This document shows, in pieces, positions 13,550-25,700 of a stretch of DNA of 64,000 bases (positions within the stretch are counted from its first letter, which is position 1; every line of letters starts with the position of its first letter). The stretch spans positions 434,001-498,000 of the forward strand of contig RSEE01000031.1 in assembly GCA_003971905.1 (NCBI GenBank), written 5' to 3'. Source of the DNA: Moniliella sp. 'wahieum'. Lineage: Eukaryota. Both the position numbers and the translations under genes were made by a program. The notes under the pieces are model-generated. The model was not told where the DNA came from, did not search any database, and saw only the letters and a list, made by a program, of their open reading frames with translations.

Positions 13550-14385
13550 TGTCATGGAGGGAGACCCAAGAGGGACCCACCCTTGTGTGGTGTAGGGATA
13601 CAAACCCTTGGACAGCCAATCGGATATGTCCAGTCTCAAATCCCGGTCGAACAGAGCGGGGGCCGAGGCGAGGGAGTGACCCTCTAGCTTAGGTGGCTGC
13701 CTGCGTGCAAAGGCCGCAGCCCAGACCCTCATCGAGGTAGGAGTAGCGTACGTAGGTCGTCAGACCAGTCGAGGGGGTCCAGAAACTCCGGGGTAACGCG
13801 TAACGGGGGTTAACTGGGGCGTTATCACACTCGACCCTCTGTAATAGGCGGAATCACAGAAGACGGACTCCTAACGAAGAGCAAGCGCTACTGAGAATGA
13901 GACCGCTGCTTGCAGTGTAGCCGACGTGAGTCGTAAATTCGTAAGGGTGTTAGTCGCTGGAACAGGGTGAACAGAAGGGACAGGGACAGGATGGTCGATA
14001 AGGACCACAGAGCTACCAAGCCTTAGACAGGGCTGTTTATATACAGAAAAGGACTGAACCAGGCCTCAAGCTTAAAGCCTCAAGTGTCTCAAGGCAGGTA
14101 TAAACAGAATGCGCGAAACTTTCCCGAGATAATACTTAGCCCACGCACTCAAAGGCCCTGATGTTCGGCATTCGGGCCCAGCAGGTAAAGGGTTCTGCCA
14201 AAACTGTTAAACGCGATGGTCATCAAGCATCGTACATGGTGCGCCGCAGATCATATCCAGCATGGATAAGGTGTCCGCTGGCTCTCGCTCGTTAGTCTAA
14301 ACGGACCGACGCGTATTTTGATGAGATGTCTATGACATAATGCGGGGCTCTGCGCCCGAAGGTAACCACAGGGGCCCCCGTTACA
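13550..14385 (-). mobile_element. Solo LTR (836 bp) of an LTR retrotransposon, family unassigned
   Basis: Termini TGTCA (13550) and TTACA (14385), i.e. TG..CA, flanked by the direct repeat ATAGG at 13545-13549 and 14386-14390 (TSD). Minus-strand TATATAAA at 14043-14036 suggests the orientation. Non-coding and less GC-rich than the genes. Confidence 0.7.
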
Positions 14386-15568
14386 ATAGGCGAATATATA
14401 TACAACCGATCGCAGGAAGAGCAGAGGGGCAAGCGGACTGGTTTAGTGTTAGGCTTGGTTTTAGCTTGGTATGGTGGATCTCACTGCGCCTGCGCCTGTG
14501 CCTGCGCCTGTGCACCATACGGTATGAAGTGCTAGGGGGGCATTGGATTGAGATATGCACCAAAAGTAGTAGCCCCGCATATGCCCTATAGTTTGGCTGA
14601 TCTCGCTCATCCCATTTCCAATTTCGTCGTCCCGAGCTTCTCACTCCTTCCATGTTTCTTCCACTTCGCACCATGTCCTCTGCTCTTGCTTCTTCCCCAA
14701 GAGAACGATTACTACACCCCTTGGCCTAGTCCCGACTCTGGTCTTCCTCGCCTTAGCCCCGACTGTGACACACCGTACGTAGAGAGAAAAAAAAGAGGCA
14801 CATGGGCGGGCGAGATATGGTTGTGGCACGGCGGAAGAGGTGAACGCACTTAGGGTCAAATAATGCTAAAAAGCGGGCATTTCTTCCGAAACAACCAGGT
14901 ATATAGGTAGGCCACAAGCATAGCTGGCTAAGAGGTATATAGAAGGGTATAGATATAGGCAGTATAATAGGCGGGGGGGGGATGTGGATCTCGGTATCGA
15001 TATGTGGCCTCCCGAGTAGAGAGAACTTTGTCTGTGTCGGAGTCGAGAAGAGGCCTTCCCCCCTCCCAAATCTTTGAAAAGGGATCTAAGGCGCAGGACA
15101 GAAACAGGGGCTTCTTGTGTTAGAAGTGTCGTTTGACCAGCTTCACCGGAGGAATTCCTTTATGAAAAGCAGAATTTCGATTCAGCTGCAGATCCCATGG
15201 TTGGGCTTCACCTCGATGAGCATCAAAGCCTCTTTGGCTCAATGGTAAGGCGTCGCACTCGTAATGCGAAGATTAGTCGTTCGATTCGGCTAGGAGGCAA
15301 TTTTTTATTTGGGTTTGCAGTGCTCACTTTTGAAGAAACCAACCGACGTTACTACTGTGTGTTTACTGATCAGATGGGATCAATGATGCTTACACACCCT
15401 TATCACGTTCGACTTCTCTGTATAATACTGATCAGATGGAATATCAATGACTCACTCTCAACGGGGCCCACAACAGTCTATAGCCATGGGGGTTGAGCCA
15501 GTATCTTTTTCACTTCAATGTTTGGCCTCTCTCTCCTATGAAGCTGCTTCAGCTCTTGGATATGAATA

Positions 15569-15719
15569 GTTGCTCGTGTGGGCGAGGGCGGTCTTCACTG
15601 GGGGAGCAACTAGGCCATAGTATACCATCTCACAAAACCATGAATGTGGTGGTCGACGGTATGCCCTCAGGCCTGTTCGGAGCTGTGATCGATGCACAAA
15701 ACACAAGAACGCTTTTTGA
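15569..15719 (+). pseudogene. Possible decayed integrase zinc-binding (H2C2) fragment
   Basis: Joining two frames gives GLHWGSN*AIVYHLTKP*MWWSTV...VRSCDRCTKHK, resembling GHxG...WWP...VRSCxxC. Contains stops and a frameshift. Confidence 0.3.
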
Positions 15720-16107
15720 GACCATAATGCCCTGATGGGAGAGGCCGAGCCTATATATAGAGAGATAGATATGGAAATAGAGAATTATGCTTTCGAGATG
15801 CCTTTGACTTCTTTGAATTGATGGGCGCGAGTTGCCGCAAAACACTGGAGGAGCGAGCGCGTGAGGTGGGTCTCATTGTATGCGTTTCTTGTGTGTTCTC
15901 CCTTTATTATTTTTGGGAAAATTCGCTGTAGATGAGGTGACATTCTATGGAATAAAGGAACGGAGCGGCACGACCGGACATAAGGACAAGCTCGGCCGAA
16001 CAGGCGTAGGTATGTGGCCCTGAGATCCTGAGATCCTGAGATCTGAGGCCGAACTAGCGTGTCAGCATGCCTCAGGCCCCAGGGGACTATTAGACGCGCT
16101 AGTAGAC

Positions 16108-16217
16108 ACGCGTCGCAGGCACGCGGCAGATGGAACGCGTCGGGAAGCGCGTCACGCGTCGCGCAGGCCAACACACTGGAGACGCCCATTAACCAAAGCG
16201 CGTGACGCGGGACGCGT
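16108..16217. promoter_or_regulatory. Cluster of MCB (MluI cell-cycle box, ACGCGT) elements upstream of RNR1
   Basis: Perfect ACGCGT at 16108, 16135, 16154 and 16212, plus several CGCG variants, 390-500 bp upstream of the RNR1 ATG. RNR1/cdc22 is a classic MBF target in yeasts. Confidence 0.75.
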
Positions 16218-16606
16218 CGGTGGGCTGTCGATTGTGCTGTGGGCTGGCAGTGCAGCACAGTGCTGGGACGCGCCATATCAGATGGCTGCCGCACGCACGC
16301 ACTGCCGCAGTCAGTGGACGCGGGCGCTCGGCTACACACTGGCGCCGCCCCACTCGGTGTGGCCCGCCGCTGTGGGACGGTGGGACGCACGCAGCCGCAC
16401 GCGCGCACACTGGCCTTCTGCCCGCACCACTCGCATTGGCGCTGCCTCAGCATGCCGCACAGGTTTTAAGGCGCGTCGCGTGGGCGCGTTTTCTCTCCTT
16501 GCCACCATCCACCACTCCTCGGCCCACCAACCCCCTTGCTAGCCGCCCGGCCACCTCTTCTCTTCCGCGCCCTTCCCTGGCCTCCGCCTGTCTGCCCCTA
16601 CACACG

Positions 16607-19300
16607 ATGCTTTACGTGTATAAACGCGGTGCGTGTTCCTCCCCTCCCCCCTCCCATTTCGGCAGCGACGCGCTTCACGTCGTGCCCCGTGCTGACTCGT
16701 TTTGTCCTCCTCCAGACGGCCGCAAGGAGTCGGTCAAGTTTGACAAGGTTACTGCCCGCATCAGCAAGCTCTGCTATGGCCTCGACTCCAATTATGTTGA
16801 TCCCATCGAGATCACCCGGCGCGTCATTGAGGGCATCTACGATGGTGTAACCACTGTGGAGCTTGACAACCTGGCTGCCGAGACCGCTGCCTACAAGACC
16901 ACCACCCACCCCGACTACGCTGTCTTGGCTGCTCGCATTGCGATCTCCAACCTTCACAAGGAGACCAAAAAGCAGTTCAGCCAGGTCATCCAAGATCTCT
17001 ATGACTACATCAATCCCAAGAACGGCAAGCCCTCGCCCATGATCTCTGAAGAGACATACCAAGCTGTTATGGCCAACAAGGACCAACTCGATGGCGCCAT
17101 CATTTTTGAGCGCGACTTTCACTACAACTTCTTTGGTTTTAAGACGCTCGAGCGCTCCTATCTCCTCCGCATCAACGGCAAGGTCGCCGAGCGTCCTCAA
17201 CACATGCTGATGCGTGTTGCCGTTGGTATTCACGGCCATGACGTTGATGCGGCGATCGAGACATACAACCTCATGTCGCAGCGCTACTTTACCCATGCTT
17301 CCCCTACTCTCTTCAACGCCGGCACACCCCACCCGCAGATGGCCTCCTGCTTCCTCGTGGCAATGAAGGACGATTCGATTGAGGGTATCTACGACACGCT
17401 CAAGACGTGCGCCATGATTTCCAAGACTGCCGGCGGGATTGGGCTGCACATCCACAACATCCGCGGTACTGGCTCCTACATTGCCGGTACCAACGGTGTC
17501 AGCAATGGGATCGTGCCTATGCTTCGTGTCTTTAACAACACTGCCCGTTACGTTGATCAAGGTGGTAACAAGCGCCCGGGTGCATTTGCCATCTACGCCG
17601 AGCCTTGGCATTCGGACATCTTTGAGTTTGTTGAGCTGCGCAAGACGCATGGCAAGGAAGATTTCCGTGCGCGTGAGCTCTTTTACGCGCTCTGGATCCC
17701 CGACTTATTCATGAAGCGTGTTCAGGCCAACGGGGAATGGTCGCTGATGTGCCCGAACGAGTGCCCCGGATTGTCAGACGTGTATGGGGATGAGTTTGAA
17801 GAACTGTACCAACGCTACGAACGCGAAGGCCGGGCCAAGCGTACGGTTAAGGCGCAGAAGCTATGGTATGCTATCCTCGAGGCACAGACAGAAACTGGTA
17901 ACCCCTTCATGCTCTACAAGGACGCTGCAAACCGCAAGTCCAACCAGAAGAACCTGGGCACGATCAAGAGTTCCAACCTCCACTCTGCACCGAAATTATG
18001 GAGTACAGCGCCCCCGACGAGGTGGCTGTGTGCAACCTGGCTTCCATTGCTCTCCCCACGTTCATCGATCAAGAGACCAAAACGTATGACTTTGCCAAGT
18101 TGCACGAAGTCTCCAAGGTGCTTACCTCCAACCTCAACAAAATCATCGATGGCAACTACTACCCTGTTGAGGAGGCCAGGCGGTCCAACATGCGCCACCG
18201 CCCGATCGGCATTGGTCCAAGGTCTTGCCGATGCGTTCCAGATTTTGGGCATGCCGTTCGACAGCCCCGAGGCGCGCAAGTTGAACGTCGACATCTTTGA
18301 GACGATCTATCATGCCGCCTTGGAGCGTTCGAGTGAGATTGCCGCCAAGTTGGGCCCGTACGAGACCTACGCTGGCTCCCCTGTCTCGCAGGGCGAACTG
18401 CAGTACGACATGTGGGGGGTCACCCCGTCCAAGCGCTGGGACTGGGCTGGTCTCAAGGCCAAGATTGCGCAACACGGTGTGCGCAACTCGCTCCTGCTTG
18501 CCCCCATGCCCACCGCCTCTACTTCTCAAATTCTCGGGTTCAACGAGTGCTTTGAGCCGTACACATCCAACATTTACTCGCGTCGTGTTTTGGCGGGCGA
18601 CTTCCAGGTGGTCAACCCCTGGTTGCTACGGGACCTGGTCGAGGCCGGGCTGTGGGACGAGACGATGAAGAACCGGATCATTGCGCATGGCGCTCGATTC
18701 AAGGTGTGGATGGCATCCCTGCGCACATCAAGGCGCTGTACAAGACGGTCTGGGAGATTTCGCAGAAGGCGATCATTGACATGGCGGCGGACCGCGGTGC
18801 GTTTATCTGCCAGTCGCAGAGCATGAACCTGCACCTCCAGGCCCCCACATTGGCCAACTCACTTCGATGCACTTTTACGCTTGGAAGAAGGGGCTGAAGA
18901 CGGGTGCTTATTACCTCCGCACTCGTCCGGCCGCCAACGCGATCCAGTTCACTGTGAGCCAGGAAGAGCAGAATTTGGCCAAGGCCAAGGCGAAGGAGGA
19001 GCGTGCTACCCAGAAGGCCAAGCAGGCTGCACAGAAGAACACCCTTCTTGTGCCTGGGGCCGCGGATGTGCCCAAGCTCAGCGATGACGGGAATGTGACC
19101 ACCGACGGCCCTGGCCGCTCGCCCGTGGCTGCGTCCGACGGCACCACAGCTTCGTCTTCGACCAAGCCGGCAACCGAGGATCCAAGCCAGGACCCGGGTT
19201 CCTCGCGGCGCTCGCGCGGCAGGAGCAGCGTCAACTCGAAGCGGACAAATTGGCTTGCAGTCTGGAAAACCCGGGTGCGTGCACGATGTGCTCGGGCTAA
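16607..19300 (+). CDS. RNR1: Ribonucleoside-diphosphate reductase large subunit (class Ia)
   Basis: ATP cone [23 protein letters not shown] (intron 16629-16715); [58 protein letters not shown]-terminal [14 protein letters not shown] then TAA at 19298-19300. Indels in the 3' half. Confidence 0.97.
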
Positions 19301-19735
19301 ATTTGCTTTTCTTCACAGAGAGGCCTCAGTGTGGACGTCAGGCCTGTGAGCCCGAGGCCTCATTGATCATCGCCCACTCTCTCTCCTCTTTCTTCGCTCT
19401 CCTACTCTTCTTGCTGCCGCTCCCTTGTATTGCTGCCCCGTTATACAGCTCGTGCTTCGTTGTATTTGATTCGATGGTTCTTTATTGTTCGGTGTGGTGT
19501 GGTTTATATACGTGGTGGCCCGAGTAGCCCCATCCACCGGCGATGGCAATACATCCACAGAAGACGAAGGCCTGGGCCCCGCGAGTGTCACGTGACCAGG
19601 CAACGGGGGTGGATCCTTTGAAAGTATCACGCGTGCTTGGCGCTCCAACGGACGCACAACGCGAGAAGAGCTAAATTTGCAACTCCATCTACCTCCATCT
19701 CGCCCTCTGCCCCTCCTCCGCGCGCCAGCTAGCCG

Positions 19736-22700
19736 ATGGCAGATGCGTATGATCTGGCACACACCGCTTGAGCGCCGCGCGAGCTTGCCATCTACAGCCG
19801 CCTCGTCACCCGCACCCTCCGTCGTTGCGCGCCCAGGCCACAGCCGATCCCGATGCCTGATCCACCTCTTCTGCCACGACAGCCTCTTTGGCCAATACGA
19901 CCCCTTCTGCCTCTCTGTCTTGCGACGTAGCCAGCTCTACTGACGGAAGGAACATACCACCTTACGCTGTCATCCAGTCCGCCATGCTCCGCATCTTCTC
20001 GTTCAAGGATAGGAGGAGGCGCGCGAGTGGATCCGCCTGCTGTGGCGCTATCTTTGCCTGTTCGCATTGTTACCGCGGCTATTTATCCGGACGCAGTTTA
20101 CTCTCTAGCTAGGGCGTACTTGGCGCGCTCTTCTCTTCTTACCGATGCTGTTGTGCTGACATCCGATCCCAGGCTGTCCAAGTCCTACCCTCCCAAGAAC
20201 ATTGACCAACTCATCAACTTCATCGATCGCTCCGAACAGGTCGCCGTTCTACTGTCTTGTGGCGGACGGAGTCTTGGAGTCGGTGGTCGATGCTGAGAGG
20301 AACAGACAAGCCTCAGTGCAGAGTCAACCTCTACCGTCCCCGTAAGGAACCTCCACCTACGCCCTTGGGCCAAGCATCGGCACCTCCGAGGCGTTTGTTC
20401 TTTGCCAAATGCTGGGTGTTCCTGAGAGGATGACCTTCGCCATGCTCTTGCTCTCTTGCTCGAAGAAGATCCCGATACTCATTTGCCCCACCATCGCATT
20501 GTAGTGTGCGCCCCTGGCCTGGTTGCGCTCCTTGCCGATTCCAATCTCGGCTTCGGCAGTGGGGCCGAACGATGCTGAAACAGCTCCCTCCCCTTCAAGC
20601 CCAGCTCATACCCCAACCACCCCCAGTGCACCCTACAGCAGACGACCCAGATGCTTGGCAGCATGGTGGTGATGCGCATCGTTGGGAACAAATCTTTCGT
20701 CCTTGGTCCGAGACCCTTTCGGACCCCGCGACGTTGGTGGAACACAAGGTGGCGCTGTGGCAGAACCTTACTCTTACCCTCTCTCGTGCGCCAGCAGATG
20801 TGGTACGATTGCAGCCACTTTCTTTTTCCCGGTCACTCTACAATGCTTGGGGAACTCGGCGCCTTACTTTGCGATGTGCTTCAGACCTACACACTAATCC
20901 TCCACCAACTCGGCCCCGTATCTGGTCCGACACAAGTGACGATGCCGAGTACCCGTCTGTCATTCTTTCCTCTGTCCTGGAAAACGTCAACTTCGGTCCT
21001 TGCTCCAACATTCAGGGAATGAACCGTGGACATGGGCGTGGGCGTCGGCACACTACGCTCCCTTCCTCCTGGCCAGACACAATTCTCTTCCACGGTCAAG
21101 ACGCTGGCCCACTGGGTCTTCATAACGATGCAGTTCCCCTCTGTATCGGACGAACTCAAGACCTGGGCAATCGAGCATGGCGTGGCTATGTTTTTGACCT
21201 TGCTCGGCCTTCCTCCCCTCCGCTTATCCCACCCCCTCCAATCTCCTGCTACAATACCAAAGCGGTTCAGGACGAATCGGCCATAGCAGCTCAGGCTTTG
21301 ACCCCCTACGCCTCCACCTTGGTCTCGGTCGCTTTGTATGACCTTCTTCCCAACGCCACGCTCCGCCTTTCCTTGGACAGCTCAGTGGGTCAGTCTTGCC
21401 GCGAACTCTTGTCCCGCCTTTTGCTCTTCGATGCGTGCAAAGTACGGACGCCGTTTTGGGGACTTGGCCAATATGCTGCAAGCCCACCTGAACGCGTGGA
21501 AGCGGCGACCCAAGCTCACCTTCACCTCGGCCCAAGTGGACGCCTCGGGCAAGGTGACCAAGCGGGCGGAGGAGATGTCGCCGAAGCAGCGAAGGCAATA
21601 GTACGTGCTGCGGCACAGCAAACCTACCCCCCCCCGCACGCCACGAGAGGTGTATGGGAGGCGTGCTACGCGGCGGTGCGCACGCCTTCCTCTGCCAGGG
21701 CCGCTTTTGCTCTGTGGCCCCACCCCTCTGTGTGGTATCTGCCATCATGGAGCCCACACCCGACCTGCTCGACTTCACCCAAGGCGATGCTGCTTTTGCC
21801 CCCGCCGAGTTCCATGCCTACAAAGCCGTCGTTACCGCTCGATCGTGCCATTAGCCAGGCATTGGACGATATGCGGACCAACGCAAGAGTTGCTACAAGA
21901 GCTCGCCACCGGTTTCAGAGTCGGACCTGAACCTGCTTTGTACCCAGCACGCAGGCGCATTGGTTCAGCTCAACCTCAGCCCAGAGACCTCGACTCACAT
22001 TGGGGCGCAGAACATGGTGCGGGCGGCATTTGATGATGTGGCAGAGCGAAGTGATTTTTCGTGCTCTCATCGTGTTGAGCCCAAACGACGCGTTGAGCGG
22101 TCTGGAAACGTTCCTCTTGTCTTTTGTTGATGTGGCAGATCGTTCGATGGAGGCCAATAAGCTGGCCGAATGGACAGTGCGCAGTTTAGCCGACATCCTT
22201 GACGTTTTGACCAACACCCGCGACGGACTCTTACGGCCAGGGACGCCCCACTCGTTCTTGTCTGATCAGCAGACCAGGGCGATCGTGTCGCGTCGCCTGG
22301 CACAGACGTGGGCCTGATGGCCCGCTCGCTCGCCATCATCTTTGACCGCACAACACTTTGGTCCCAACTGCTCAACCGGGACGCAATGGTCACCTGGTTC
22401 CGTGATGTGAACCTTTTTGCCAGCGAGATGGTGGAGCAGCTTCAGACAATCCAAGATGCCGGTGCGCTCGCCCAACCTGCCTTATCCGCCGCCCAATTCA
22501 CTCTGGCAATGGTTTCGCCTCTACAAAAGGCAATCCAGTGGCTTCGACTCAACGACAGCGAGATTATGCAGGAGACGCTCTCTTTTGTGCAGCAAGCGCT
22601 ACTCATCTTTTCACCCGACCTTCCCTTACCGGCTTCTGCCAAGGCTGGCATGCTTCATTGGGTCGATAGCCAAATGGCCATCAAGGATGCTAGCAAGCGC

Positions 22701-25700
22701 CTTACTCTGCTCACGATCGACCAGCTCGCTGCGCTCAAGTACCTTATCGAAGTGGGCCGTGTCTTGAGCAAGTCGACCGTGAGGATGAAAACGAGGATGG
22801 AAATGAGGGTGGGAAGGGGCTGGAGACAGAGGAGGATGGATGGCAGCTCATTCGCACTTCTGGGCAGGAAGGGAAACGCGTAGGTGCGTCCTCTTCCGAG
22901 AAGAGTAACACACCAACCTCCAGTCCCCCTAAAGACTTCCAGTTGGTGGGACATGGCTGTGAGCACAGTCAAAGCTGGCCCCGCTTTCTCCCCCCTCTTC
23001 CTCCCCTTCTCCCTCTCTCTCCCTCTCCCCCCCCTCTCCCACTTCTTTCCTCTCTCGCCTCGCCCTCCCCTCGCCATTACCCTCTTCCTCAACCTCTTCC
23101 TCCTCCTCCCTTCCCTCTCTCTCCCCACCTCTTCCCTATCACCCGCACCAGAACCTCATCTGTTATCGCCGACAACCAAATCTGCTAACAGAAAACAACC
23201 GCTTAATGTTCCCTATTTCCGACCCGTTATCCAAAACTACGAAGGTGGCTAAGACTGCGAAGGTGGCCAAGCCTGCGAAGGTGGCCAAGCCTGCGAAGGT
23301 GGCCAAGGCTGCAAAAGTGGCCAAGACTACGAAGGTGGCCAAGACTACGAAGGTGGCCAAGACTACGAAGGTGGACAAGACTACGAAGCTGGACAAGACT
23401 ACGAAGCTGGACAAGGCTGCAAAAGTGGCAAAGACTGCCAAGGCAGTTAAGACTACGAAGGTGAGCCCTAACCTCACTCGACCCCCAGTGACGGGGCCTT
23501 CGGTAGCCGCGGGGAAGTCATCGGGGAAGGCGCAACATGCGCGCCAGCAAGTTCGGGCTCCAGATACCCAGCTCCTCCCTAGGCCGACACGACCCGTCGC
23601 GCCGGCGCAACAGGGCCCAGCGTGGGAGGTGCCCGAGAAAGCACCTATTGCTACTCCTCCGGCATCTCTGTTACCACCTTCCTTGAGTGCACTTCGTGCC
23701 CCTACTCAAATGGTGGATAAAAGTCTTAGTGGCGGCAGCCACGCTGCGTTGGGTGACGAATCTGACCGAGCAGGGGAGGCACAGGGGGCGACCACCGTGC
23801 TCAATGGAGACGAAATTGGGAAACAAGCTCCTGTGGCAGCGTCCACGATCAAGATGATCAACGACGAGGAGGATGCGCGACGAAAAGAGCAGGAGAAGTT
23901 GGAGCGGAGGCGTCACCTACGCGCTCCGCCTGACCTTACCTTGCTTCATCGGGCCATCCTCAGCTGGGAGTTGTCGTCCGAGGCCGATACACCTCCTCTT
24001 AAGAAGCGCCCAATGAGGGTACCTCGACGGTTCGACTCTCCGAAAGAGTATATCGGGGTGTTTAGCCCTCTCCTGCTAATGGAGTGCTGGGCACAACTTC
24101 AGCAAAGCAAGGAGTTGTATGACGAGCGCCGTACGGTCACCGTCGAAGTCACGTCACGGTCGGTAGTGGATGGGTTTGTGGACGTGAATACAATCTACAC
24201 GGTCGAATCCCAGAAGTCTGAAATCCACCTGTACGACTCGGATTTGGTCTTCTTCCGTTCGGAGGTGGATCCAACGCGGGCGGTACTTGCGAAGGTTCAT
24301 TCTTACCGTCGTCATCAGCGGGGAACACAGGTTGTGTTCCGACTCTTCCTCCGCAACCCCGGCCGTGTCAATGCGCGCGAGTTCAACACTTCCATTGCTC
24401 CTCGCACTCGCTGGCAAGCAGGCACCCTTTTTTCCCTGTCCACCGTGCATCGTGAGACAATGGCCTTGTTGGTCAGCCAGTACCTCGATTTGCGCGATGC
24501 AATCTACTCGGGTACTGTCGCTCCGCGTGCCAAGGTGCCTGCGATTGACTTGGAACGCGCTCAACAAGCCTACCAGCTGAACGAGCCGCAGTCGCAGGCT
24601 GTGCTAGGTTCGCTCTCTACCAAAGGGTTCTCTCTCATCCAAGGCCCGCCGGGTACGGGCAAGACTAAAACGATCATCGCTCTTGTCGCCTCCTTCCTAT
24701 CCTCCCGTCCTCCCCAGCCTAATGGGGTCAAGGAGGGAGGCAAACCCTCGCCGTCACGAGCCAAGATCCTGCTGTGTGCCCCCTCAAATGCTGCTATTGA
24801 CGAGATTGTCCGCCGTATCAAGGATGGTGTACCAGGTGGAGACGGAAAGGTGACACATCCTGTCGTCATCCGTTTAGGACGCGAGGAGAATATCAACTCC
24901 GAGGTGAAAGACGTCTCATTGGAGGTGCTGGTCGAGCGTGCTCTTTCCACTGGCCCAGATGTGCAGGGCGACCTGGCGGCGCTTCGAGAGGAACTCAGGC
25001 AACTCCAACAGCAGCGTCAACTCCTGCAAGCCGAGATCACCACAAGCAATCAAGCTGGGGACAAAACAAAGGCCACCGCGGCTCAGACCAAATTGCGTTC
25101 GGTGATGGCCAAGCGGATGAAAATCATGTCCAAGCTGGACGATACCCGGGACGCACAACGCACTCAAATGCGAAAGCGGGATGCTGAGCGCCGTCGTCTG
25201 CGCACCCAAATGATTCTGGGAGCCGATATTGTTTGCTCTACCTTGTCGGGCGCCGGACAGGGGGCGATTGCCTCACTCGACATTGACTTTGAGACTGTGG
25301 TAGTTGACGAAGCGGCCCAAGCTGTGGAACTGTCAACGTTGATCCCACTTCGATACGGGTGCAAACAATGTATTCTTGTTGGCGACCCTCACCAACTTCC
25401 TCCAACCGTCCTCTCCATGCCTGCTCAAACGGCTGGCTATTCACAGTCCTTATTTGTGCGGCTCTTCAACCCATCCAACGTATACCTACTTTCGTGCGTA
25501 TCCCCCCTCGCGCGCGCCTTCACTTGTCTCGTTGGGTTCATACTGATGACATATTTCTTTCTCTCCATCTCAGAATCCAATACCGCATGCATCCTTCAAT
25601 AAGCAAATTTCCTTCTGCATCTTCTACCAGGGGCTCCTCAAAGATGGACCCGACATGGCAGCCAAAACCAAGCGTGAATGGCATGGAGATACAGCGACCC

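Noticed and set aside
13511..13829. 8-bp inverted repeat GTGATAAC/GTTATCAC suggesting a separate small element
   Set aside because: There is no matching TSD, and it straddles the better-supported solo LTR boundary at 13550.
16202..16606. Long N-terminal extension of RNR1 in the ORF track
   Set aside because: It starts at a non-ATG codon in GC-rich promoter DNA. The conserved ATP cone begins at ATG 16607, and the 87-nt intron happens to be in frame.
23233..23463. Regular repeat array resembling CRISPR
   Set aside because: It consists of tandem units without unique spacers, in frame in a eukaryotic gene, with no cas genes.
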